From IMG/VR virus record IMGVR_UViG_3300023184_000090, positions 1 to 64,000 of that record: a stretch of 64,000 nt of DNA, one strand, 5' to 3'. The notes below the pieces were generated by a model. That model saw only the letters and a list, made by a program, of their open reading frames with translations, was not told where the DNA came from and made no database searches. Shown here one piece after another: positions 19,864 through 28,800 of this stretch. How positions within the stretch are numbered: position 1 is the stretch's first letter; every line of letters starts with the position of its first letter. The position numbers were made by a program, and so were the translations under genes. Source of the stretch: a virus.

Positions 19864-20201
19864 GCAAGGGAAGCGGATGTCTTGGTGTGCTTGTCAATAA
19901 TGTCTTTTTGGAGATCAATGCCAGCAGCTGCAAGTGCCTCTTTAAACTTAACCAATGCATCGAGTTCTTGGAGCACCGCCTCGTAGTTAACAAAGGGGCG
20001 TTGTGAAAGGCTGACAGAAGCTTTGTAGAACTGGCCGTTGTGCTTGCCTTCGCCTTGGTTCTTGATTTCATCCTTCAGGACTTCGACTTGGTTGTCCAAG
20101 GCTGTCTTATCTGCCAACATGAAACCGAGGCGGTCTACATTGGACAGAGTGCTAATGTTTACTTGTGTTTTCAAACCGGTTTGTGTGTTTAGTACTTCCA
20201 T
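19842..20201 (-). CDS. Hypothetical protein, first gene of the leftward early operon
   Basis: 119-aa ORF directly downstream of a predicted leftward promoter. Confidence 0.65.
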   Translation of the reverse strand: MEVLNTQTGLKTQVNISTLSNVDRLGFMLADKTALDNQVEVLKDEIKNQGEGKHNGQFYKASVSLSQRPFVNYEAVLQELDALVKFKEALAAAGIDLQKDIIDKHTKTSASLACRVTSL

Positions 20202-20248
20202 TTTCAGATCCTTTGAGTTTAGTAGTTAGTGTGCCTAAGCACAGTTGC

Positions 20249-20276
20249 ACTATACCATGTTTTAGCATTAGTACAA
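20249..20276 (-). promoter_or_regulatory. Sigma70-type leftward early promoter in the AT-rich divergent region
   Basis: Minus strand TTGTAC-16 nt-TATAGT with an extended -10 TG and an upstream A/T tract (20277-20300). Confidence 0.6.
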
Positions 20277-20393
20277 TAAATTAAAAATATTTTATTTTTT
20301 GTGTTTACTTTGTAGAAACCTAGTATAGTACACACTGTGGTAACACACAAACATCTTAAATTCTTAACTTCACCATTCACAAAGGAGCCTCAC

Positions 20394-21374
20394 ATGGCAC
20401 ACGATATCGACACAACCACCGGCGTCTCAGCAATTGCATACATGGGCGACACCCCTTGGCACAAACTCGGCCAGCAAATGGAAGCCAACCAATCCATCGA
20501 ACAATGGCAAAAGGCAGCAGGCATGGACTTCGTCATCAAGTCCGGCCAAGTTACTTTCAACTCCTTGGACGGCATCTCAGGCGTAGTTCCTGGCAAAAAG
20601 GCCTTGTATCGGTCCGACACGCACAAAGCCTTGGCAGTGGTTTCGAACACCTTCAAGGTGGTACAACCTAAAGAAGTCCTGGAGTTTTACCGTGACCTCA
20701 CTGAGAAGGCTGGGTTCACCTTGGAGACAGCAGGCGTGCTTCGTGAAGGCCGTAAATACTGGGCCTTGGCCAACATTGGCAAGGAGATCAAGATTGCCAA
20801 TGACGAGCTCAAAGGCTACCTGCTCTTAGGCACGGCCTGTGATGGCTCTATGGCAACAACTGCCATGTTCACCTCAGTTCGTGTGGTGTGTGCCAACACC
20901 TTGGGGTTTGCAATGCACGAGGCCGAGACAGGCAAGGCAAAGAACGTGGTCCGTGTCAACCACCGGTCAGAGTTCAATGAGGATGCTGTTAAAGCACAGC
21001 TTGGCTTGGCTAATCTTAGCTGGGCCAAGTTCATTACTCAAGTTGATCAGTGGTGCACCACTACGGTCAGTGACTCATTGGCCAAGGATTACTTTGACTC
21101 AATGGCTTCATATAGCACCGCCGAAGGCGACGTGATTGTAAGCAAGAAGACATCAGACATGCTGATGCAACTGTTCCAAGGCGGTGGCAAAGGTAGCAAC
21201 CTGGTTACGGCCAAAGGCACTGTCTGGGGATTGGTGAATGCAGTCACCGAGTATGTGGATCATCACAAAGGCCGTACGGCTGATGGCCGGATGGATCGGG
21301 CTTGGTTTGGTGATGGCCAAAACATCAAGGCACTTGCTACTGCCAAGGCCGACGAAATCGCTTTGTTGGTATGA
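20394..21374 (+). CDS. DUF932 / TIGR03299 phage-plasmid protein
   Basis: MAH..PWH.LG, VVQP.E...F, ETAG.L..GR..WALA, TSVRVVCANTL, GT.WG.VNAVTEY.DH; AAGGAG RBS before ATG 20394 (the ORF-track start 20337 is likely too long). Confidence 0.85.
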   Translation: MAHDIDTTTGVSAIAYMGDTPWHKLGQQMEANQSIEQWQKAAGMDFVIKSGQVTFNSLDGISGVVPGKKALYRSDTHKALAVVSNTFKVVQPKEVLEFYRDLTEKAGFTLETAGVLREGRKYWALANIGKEIKIANDELKGYLLLGTACDGSMATTAMFTSVRVVCANTLGFAMHEAETGKAKNVVRVNHRSEFNEDAVKAQLGLANLSWAKFITQVDQWCTTTVSDSLAKDYFDSMASYSTAEGDVIVSKKTSDMLMQLFQGGGKGSNLVTAKGTVWGLVNAVTEYVDHHKGRTADGRMDRAWFGDGQNIKALATAKADEIALLV

Positions 21375-21383
21375 TCTAAAAGA

Positions 21384-21410
21384 AGCCCCTAGGCGGTGAA
21401 CCTAGGGGCT
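21384..21410 (+). terminator. Perfect 10-bp hairpin after DUF932
   Basis: AGCCCCTAGG-cggtgaa-CCTAGGGGCT. Confidence 0.6.
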
Positions 21411-21453
21411 TAAACGTCATAATGACAACTGCGAAAACAAAAAGGACCAGATC

Positions 21454-23553
21454 ATGCCAATGGGATTTTCGTCTCATATAACACAACCAGATGAATTATA
21501 CAAAACTTTTTTAGCCAATCGCAAATACGATGATAACGACGAGTTTACCTTAGGTTTACAGCTCTTAGACAAGGAGCAAACCAAGCAGCTTTTAGGGCAC
21601 ACGTATGAATGGTCGGTTAAGATTCCGTACTTTGACGTAGACGGCAAAGATACCGGGTTTGTAAGGGTTAGGTTGTTGACCCCTAAGACTAAGATGAAAT
21701 ACTCACAGGCCAGAGCCAGTGGGTCACACATTTATTTTCCGCCTGTAGCGTCATGGCGAACTATCATCAACAATGTAGATGTGCCGATCACCATCACTGA
21801 AGGCGAGTTTAAAAGCTGGTCGATCACTAAAGCTATAGAAGCCGAGGGCCTGCTTAATTCTTGCATTGGCTTGGCAGGTGTGACAAGTTGGACAAGCAAG
21901 AACGGTGTGCACTTACATCCGGATCTTATGCAAATCATGTGGCAAAAGAAGACAAGCTTCGAGACCAAGCATCGCAAGGTGTACATAGTGTTTGACTATG
22001 ATGGTGCCAAGGAAGACGGCGAGCCAAATGAGCAGGTTGCATTTGCCGAGACAAAGCTGGCAGTGACGTTAAGAGGACTAGGTGCAGAAGTGCACCTTTG
22101 TCGCGTTGGGCGGTTCGGCCCTGGCAAAGGTAGCAAGTTTGCCATTGATGATCACCTAGATGCAGGCGGTACACTAGGTCAAGTGTTGGCTAGCACCTCG
22201 GTCATTATGAATGGGATTGACACACTTGATGTAAGGCTGCATGAATTCAGCACTAAGTATGCGTTATACAACGGTGATGTGATTCGTATCGATGACGGTC
22301 ACATCATGCCGTTCCAAAAAGCCAGGATTGACAGTGCCCAGCACATCTATTTGCAACAGGTAACAGTACCAGGCAGAGGCAACCAACCGCCCAAGATCAC
22401 AACACGCGAGATCATCCTGATCGATGAGTACAAGAAGTGGAAGCGTAGATGTGACATCAGGCGCGTTGGTGTGTTTCCGCACTACCAAGGGCTAAAGATC
22501 ACACCGGATGGCAACTACAACTACTTGAACAGTTGGCTAAATGAGCCTGTAGACGGTGATGCGCATGCGTATCTGGAGTTTTGTGACTACTTTTTTAGAG
22601 ATGAACCAGCATTTGCTGATTATTGGCATGACTGGGTCGCTAACGTGGTGCAATTTCCGCACAGGCGAAACAACACAACACCCCAGTTTGTATCGAACAT
22701 TGAAGGCATTGGTAAGTCAGCCGTTGCCGAGTTCATAGCCGAAATGCTAGGCCTTGGTGAACAAGGGCCAGCCATCATCATCGGACCTGACGAGCTCTTT
22801 GGCAACTTTAACGGTATATTTAAGAACAAAATTCTCATAGTGATTAATGAACCAAGCAGTGACCGTGAAGACCACTCAGCCCAGCTAAAGAGCATGATCA
22901 CAGGCAAGGAAATAGCTATCAACAATAAGTATGGTGCTCAATACAACATTGAGAACTACATGAACTTTATATTTACATCTAATAAGCCATACATCACTAA
23001 GATGGGCAACAATGCCAGACGCGAAGCCATCTATAAGCCAGGCAGTCTATCCAACACAGAAACGCACCCCAAAGTAGTCAACCTTATGGCATGGGCACGG
23101 CATGAACGCGGCTTTGGCAAGGTGCTCAACTGGTACTACAACCGAGACATCAGCAACTTTGATCCATCCAAGCCAGCACCTGACACCAAGTACAAGCAGG
23201 TTGCTATATCAGCAGGCCGTAGCCCGATCGAAGCATTTGCCAAAGAACTAAGTGACTGGGTGGTTGATAAGCTTGACGGCTATGCAGCCTTTACGCCGGC
23301 ACAGCTGGAGATACTGTGTGAGAAGTGGGGCCATGACAGCCGCGCCAAGTCGCAATACATCAAGAAAGCCTTGCTTAACTATGCCGATCTAGAGTCAAAA
23401 CCGGTCAATTTCCAAGGCAAAACGATCAGGCTCACGATTTGCAAAATTACAAATCCGCCAACCAAAAACAGAGATCTGATGAAGCATGGTGCCTTGAGCA
23501 AGATGGCAATTGACACAGACGTTGCTGTACGACAAGAAATAGAGCAAATGTGA
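21454..23553 (+). CDS. Primase-helicase (DUF3854-like Toprim plus SF3/D5-like helicase)
   Basis: KYSQ, Toprim ITEGEFK, GLAGV..W, YIVFDYD; Walker A EGIGKS; Walker B VINE; motif C FTSN. Confidence 0.85.
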   Translation: MPMGFSSHITQPDELYKTFLANRKYDDNDEFTLGLQLLDKEQTKQLLGHTYEWSVKIPYFDVDGKDTGFVRVRLLTPKTKMKYSQARASGSHIYFPPVASWRTIINNVDVPITITEGEFKSWSITKAIEAEGLLNSCIGLAGVTSWTSKNGVHLHPDLMQIMWQKKTSFETKHRKVYIVFDYDGAKEDGEPNEQVAFAETKLAVTLRGLGAEVHLCRVGRFGPGKGSKFAIDDHLDAGGTLGQVLASTSVIMNGIDTLDVRLHEFSTKYALYNGDVIRIDDGHIMPFQKARIDSAQHIYLQQVTVPGRGNQPPKITTREIILIDEYKKWKRRCDIRRVGVFPHYQGLKITPDGNYNYLNSWLNEPVDGDAHAYLEFCDYFFRDEPAFADYWHDWVANVVQFPHRRNNTTPQFVSNIEGIGKSAVAEFIAEMLGLGEQGPAIIIGPDELFGNFNGIFKNKILIVINEPSSDREDHSAQLKSMITGKEIAINNKYGAQYNIENYMNFIFTSNKPYITKMGNNARREAIYKPGSLSNTETHPKVVNLMAWARHERGFGKVLNWYYNRDISNFDPSKPAPDTKYKQVAISAGRSPIEAFAKELSDWVVDKLDGYAAFTPAQLEILCEKWGHDSRAKSQYIKKALLNYADLESKPVNFQGKTIRLTICKITNPPTKNRDLMKHGALSKMAIDTDVAVRQEIEQM

Positions 23554-23555
23554 TC

Positions 23556-23746
23556 AAAATTACACTCAAAATTACAAGAAAATTACGAGCCAAGCGCTTA
23601 GAATGTTGTTGTCGCTGTTAGTGTTTTTGTTCAATATTACAATATTACATAATTACATTAAGAAAGTATATATAAGAGAATGAAGTATATGCACTCATCG
23701 TATATAGTCTTTCTGGGGGTTTGTAATTTTGTAATGTGTAATATTG
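23556..23746. promoter_or_regulatory. Candidate replication origin: converging ATTAC iterons around an AT-rich core
   Basis: ATTAC at 23559, 23571, 23582, 23636, 23644, 23652; inverted GTAAT at 23723, 23731, 23738; directly after the primase-helicase stop. Confidence 0.6.
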
Positions 23747-23759
23747 GTGTAGAATAAGT

Positions 23760-23877
23760 GCATTCCAACACGGCTGGGGATTGCTCGGTTCGATTCCGAG
23801 GGGACGGGGGAAACACAAACGGCTCAATACCGCCCTATCCTGTTCTGGTCAAGTCCCCATCCGTGTTGGTGTAGTGC
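23760..23877. ncRNA. Candidate structured RNA: long closing stem with an internal tRNA T-arm-like hairpin
   Basis: CCAACACGG(23765-73) pairs with CCGTGTTGG(23861-69); TGGGGATT pairs with AGTCCCCA; inner CTCGG-TTCGATT-CCGAG. Confidence 0.45.
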
Positions 23878-24026
23878 GATAGACAAAGGCCGCTTACCGT
23901 TGGGTTCGCAACGGCGCACGGGAGAATGGACAGCCCATGAAATCCAAACCCCACCAACAACCATCACGCATGCGTACTGGGCTAACAAAGTCAAGTGGTG
24001 GTGTACAATCCGTCAAAGAGGTGCAT

Positions 24027-24476
24027 ATGGTAGCGAAACGCGGCCCGGGGCAACCCACAAAGTACAGACCAGAATATTGCGAGCTCGTTATCGAGCTTGG
24101 TGACAAAGGCTATAGTCGTGAGATGATAGCCGTTGAGCTGAATGTGTCTTGGAACACGTTGCTGAACTGGATGGATGCGAATCCAGATTTCCTTGAGGCC
24201 TTGGAATTTGCAAAGATGCGTGAGATGGTGTATTTCGAGAAGCTAGGGCTCGCGTACATGGTCGAGCAGCCGCAGCAATCGAAGCTAAACACATCGCTCT
24301 GGTCACGGTCGATGGCCGCTCGATTCCCAACTAAATATCGCGAAAATTCTAAATTCGAAGTCACTGGTAAAGACGACAAGCCCATTCAGATCGATGTTGT
24401 TCATGACTTTGCACAAGAGCTTATGAACGACTTGCTGACTATCAGGCAAGACGGTGCCAAGTCCGACAATAGCTGA
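24027..24476 (+). CDS. terS: Terminase small subunit
   Basis: GQPTKYRPEYC, HTH, F.EA pattern; GAGG RBS before ATG 24027; overlaps the TerL start. Confidence 0.8.
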   Translation: MVAKRGPGQPTKYRPEYCELVIELGDKGYSREMIAVELNVSWNTLLNWMDANPDFLEALEFAKMREMVYFEKLGLAYMVEQPQQSKLNTSLWSRSMAARFPTKYRENSKFEVTGKDDKPIQIDVVHDFAQELMNDLLTIRQDGAKSDNS

Positions 24477-25881
24477 ACAGTTTGCGCAACGAATACAAGT
24501 TGCGACTAACTTAAAGCATGCCACTCCGGAATGGCAAGCCGCGATCAAAGCGCGTCTTAAGTGGCTCTCAATAGCAAGCAATCATCAAATCACGCCTAAG
24601 GGCGATTGGTGGAGCATCTGGCTCTTGCTTGCTGGTCGTGGCGCTGGCAAGACGAGGTGCGCGGCTGAATGGACGTGGTGGGAAGCGTGGACGAAGCCTA
24701 AGACTCGTTGGCTTGTATCAGCCCCTACATCCGGTGACGTTCGTGATGTGTGCTATGAAGGCGACTCAGGCTTGATGAGCGTGTTACCTTCGGTATTAAT
24801 CGACAACTACAACAAGTCACAGCATGAGATCACATTGGTCAATGGGTCGATCATCAAAGGCATTGCCGCGTCTGAGCCAGAGCGCTTTCGAGGCCCACAG
24901 TTTCACGGTGGCTGGCTTGACGAACTGGCGGCTTGGCACTACCTTGATGACGCATGGAACATGCTGCAATTCGGCATGCGACTTGGCAAGAAGCCTCGTA
25001 TACTCTGTACCACGACACCGAAGCCAAAGCCATTGATCGTCGACTTGGCGAACCGTGACGGCGATGACGTGATCTACACATCAGCATCGACGTATGACAA
25101 CATGCACAACTTGGCGCCAAGCTTCAAGGCACAGATCCTTCAGTACGAAGGCACCAAACTCGGACGCCAAGAGATCTATGCCGAGATCATCGACCCTGAG
25201 GAATCAGGCATCATCAAGCGCGACTGGTTCAAGCTGTGGTCAAATGAGAAGCCACTGCCACAGTTTGACTACGTCGTTCAGTCATATGACTGTGCCACAA
25301 GCGACAAAACAGCCAACGACCCAACCGCATGCACCGTGTGGGGCGTGTTCAAGCCTAGTGCTGACAAGTCGGCGTCTGTGATGCTGATCGATTGCTGGGA
25401 GGAGTACATACAGTACCCTGACCTACGGAAACGAGTCATCGAAGAGTCAACATCGATATACGGCGACGAGAATGAGTTTGGGCACGGTAAGAAAGTCGAC
25501 CTTATACTGATCGAGGACAAGTCGGCAGGCATCAGCTTACTGCAGGATTTGCAACGAGCCGGGCTTCCTGTTCGTGGCTACAACCCAGGGAATGCTGACA
25601 AGATGACCAGGCTCAACCTAGTCGCACCGATCATCCAGCGAGGCAAGGTCTATGTGCCTGAATCCTCGAAGAACGAGGGGTGCGCTAGAACGTGGGCCGA
25701 GGCGCTGATCAGTCAGGTTTGTGCGTTTCCTGAAGTTCGGCATGACGACCTAACCGACTCGATGTCACAAGCCTTGCGTATTTTGCGTGACATGGGGCTC
25801 ATCAACATCGATCCAGTGTATGATCCCAACGACTCGTATGACGAGGATCGTCCAGTAAGGGTGAACCCATATGCCGTTTAA
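24454..25881 (+). CDS. terL: Terminase large subunit
   Basis: Walker A AGRGAGKT, Walker B WLDELAAW, TTTP coupling motif, nuclease SYDCA and IEDKSAG, HDDLTD. Confidence 0.95.
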   Translation: MPSPTIAEQFAQRIQVATNLKHATPEWQAAIKARLKWLSIASNHQITPKGDWWSIWLLLAGRGAGKTRCAAEWTWWEAWTKPKTRWLVSAPTSGDVRDVCYEGDSGLMSVLPSVLIDNYNKSQHEITLVNGSIIKGIAASEPERFRGPQFHGGWLDELAAWHYLDDAWNMLQFGMRLGKKPRILCTTTPKPKPLIVDLANRDGDDVIYTSASTYDNMHNLAPSFKAQILQYEGTKLGRQEIYAEIIDPEESGIIKRDWFKLWSNEKPLPQFDYVVQSYDCATSDKTANDPTACTVWGVFKPSADKSASVMLIDCWEEYIQYPDLRKRVIEESTSIYGDENEFGHGKKVDLILIEDKSAGISLLQDLQRAGLPVRGYNPGNADKMTRLNLVAPIIQRGKVYVPESSKNEGCARTWAEALISQVCAFPEVRHDDLTDSMSQALRILRDMGLINIDPVYDPNDSYDEDRPVRVNPYAV

Positions 25882-25884
25882 ACT

Positions 25885-28800
25885 ATGACAGCCGTTTACA
25901 GCCCTGAAGGCGTCTTCTTGTATGATGACGGTGAATCAGACACCGATCAGTCGCAATTCGAGCTCAACAAACGGGCTGAAACAAAGCAAAGCCCTCTTGC
26001 AAGCGTAACGGAAACGTTTAAGAACATCGCAACACAGTTCAACCCACTGCTGGTTGGAAAGGCAGGGCAAGATGCGGCTAAAACACTTCTTATCTCACCA
26101 CTTGCGGCACCTGCATCAATCGTTAGTTCAGGTCTCCAACATCTCAATGCTATGCCTGGCGTTGCACTTAGACGAGCCCAAGGCGACGAAGAAGGCGCTA
26201 AACGCATAGAGCAGTCATTGCCGTCGCCGGATGATGTCAACATAAGCTACCAAAAAGCGTTGGCACCACAAACTCAAGCCGGTGAGTCATTCAATGAAGG
26301 GCTGTCCAAAGTCATGGAAGCATCTAAGCTTCCGCATGTGTGGCCTATGGGACCAAAAGGCATGATGTCAAACATGGTCGGCCTCGAAGAGCGTCGTCCT
26401 TTGATGTCACCGAACGATGTGCGTGTTCTTGGTGCCCAAGGCGTAAACACAGCACGTGAGATTAGCGCTATACCGACCGACTTTGCTAACTGGCGCGACG
26501 CCCACATAGTACGCGAAAGCCCGGTTCGTGGTGAAGGCTCAACAACGTTTGGCGGGCAACTAGGTCAAGCAGCTGAATCACTTGGCGACACAATGGCAAG
26601 GCGTGAGATGCAAGGGCTTACGCCTATTCCAGGCTTGCCAGCTGCTTTACAACCTGACACTAAGATGTATGCGGTTAGACCTGAAGGCTCGAGACTGAAT
26701 ACATTCTTTCCGACTGTTCCGCCTGAAGCAGGCAACTACCAGCCTCGCGTTAATCCGGTAGCCGACATCATAGCAACAGCAGCTTACATACCCACAGTCG
26801 ATCCTGTTTTAGATCCGACGCAAGTTTTTGACACGGCGAGAAGACAGCTTGAAGGGCCTGCTGTTGATAGCTGGCAGGAATTTGAAGCAAAGAAAGCGGA
26901 AGAGCTGTACCCCGATCTCGACCCTAGAGACAGACTAAATGCGGTGAAGGTTGCAAACTACGGTGATGGCACAGGCAACGACTATGCTAAGCTTGAAGCA
27001 CAATGGTTTGATGAGTGGCGCAACTCGCCTGAAGGCATTGCTGCTGGTGCACAACGACTTAATAGCACCGAAGACGTGTCTAATATGCACAAGTCGGCTA
27101 TAAAGTGGCTTGATACAGTGTTCACCAACTTTATCGATAAGCAGTGGGGCACCGCAAACAACGAAGTTGTTAAGCTTGCAGAGAAAGGGCTTACAGTAAC
27201 GCCTGCAGAAGAGCTAATTAACGGAAGTACTACAAGGCCCACTAATGCGACGCAAACCGAGCGAATTGCAATGGGGTTGGATCCTCAAGGGTCATATGCA
27301 AAGACACTTCGTGCCGCATCACAAAAAGTAGAAGACTTAAACCGGCAGCTTACAGAGTTAGAGCAGGAAAAGACTCGAGCAGGATTAGCCGCTCAAGCAC
27401 GAGGCATTAGACCTGCCGAAGATGAAGCATTTGTAGCTGCTAGTCGTGAAGTAGATAGGGTTTCAGCTGCGCATGACAAAGCCATGACTGCTTGGCAAAA
27501 CCAGCAGTTGGCATATAAACTTGAGACAATGGCTGACAACTCGGTTGTTAAGCGGCTAGCATCCGGCGCTAGAGAAGACTTAGTGCAGCATGAGCGACAG
27601 TTCTACCCTACGCTTGAAAAGACACCAGGCGATGAGTCAGTGTATTTGCTTATGTCTACTCAACCTGCATTAAGCACTATTGCTAGTGAGTTTTACCAAG
27701 ACGTAATGTCAGGCAAGATCAAACGAGACAAGATGCCAAATAGCGTTGGCCAATTCGTTAAGAAGAATGCTCAAGCTAGAATCATGCTGGAGAACCAAGC
27801 TAAAACCGCTGAAAAAGAGCGCAAAGAACAGTTTGTTGCGGCGCTAATGACAAGAATGGAAGCTATACCTGAATCAAACAAGGTAGGCAGCATTGGGGTA
27901 AGCGTGATCACAAAGGATCTAGGCTTACAAAACGTTAAGCACGAGTTCTCAATTGCAACAGCTGTTTGTGACTTCTGTCTTGGCGAAGGCGGCTCAGCCA
28001 AAGATGGCACAAGGAACTTATTCTCAGGCAAGAAGCAGAACTATGAGCCGCAAGTAAACCCCATTACAGGCGAGCCCAACCCGCTTGCTAGGTCGCCTCG
28101 CATGACGTACATAAATGACGTCATGAAGGACGGAGGCGTAATGTGGATCATCAATGAAGCTAATACGGGATTGCCAGAAGGCGCCATACATCTAAAAAAT
28201 CTAGGCAATGGCACATACAATATTGCAGGTGTTTATGGTCACAATAACGGGCCGATTGCACCAACACACTCATCCTCAATTGCTGCATTCATGAACAAAA
28301 ATGCTGACCAAATTAACCAAGTCAGCGAAACGCTAAGAAATCATGCGCATGTTAGGGACATGCTTAATAAGTCTGATCGGCAAGCAATGAAAGCCGACTA
28401 TAGACTAACGGAGGACGAAGCAAGAATAATGTCTGAAGAAGGCACTCGGTTTGTGTCGATCTCAGATGCGAAAAAAGTCATTGAAGACTTTAGACAAGCA
28501 AGCGGTGTTTATCAACGCCCTGAAGCAACAGCGCCTGCACTGCAAGCGCCTCCGGCGCCTGCGCCTCGAGAGGTGTTTCAACTGCAACCGTTCTTCGACT
28601 CAGTTCGTAGAGATGTAAGTGCTCAAGTAGGGGATCGTGTAGAGACAATCGCGTATCGAATTTCAGAGTTCTTTAACCCTAACCGAGACCCCGAAGGCTA
28701 TGCAAACGCTCTTCGTGAGGCGGCACAACGAGAGCCAGTTGGGCTTGTTGAAATTAGTCTAAATGAGCTTGCTGAAGAAATCGATATGCACTTTCAACGA

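Noticed and set aside
20299-20329. Rightward sigma70 promoter for DUF932
   Set aside because: A TATAGT -10 is present at 20324, but no convincing -35 lies at 16-18 nt spacing, so it was not annotated as a discrete feature
23784-23800. GGTTCGATTCC suggesting a tRNA gene
   Set aside because: No acceptor stem, D-arm or anticodon arm in tRNA geometry, and no CCA at the expected distance; kept only as a structured RNA candidate
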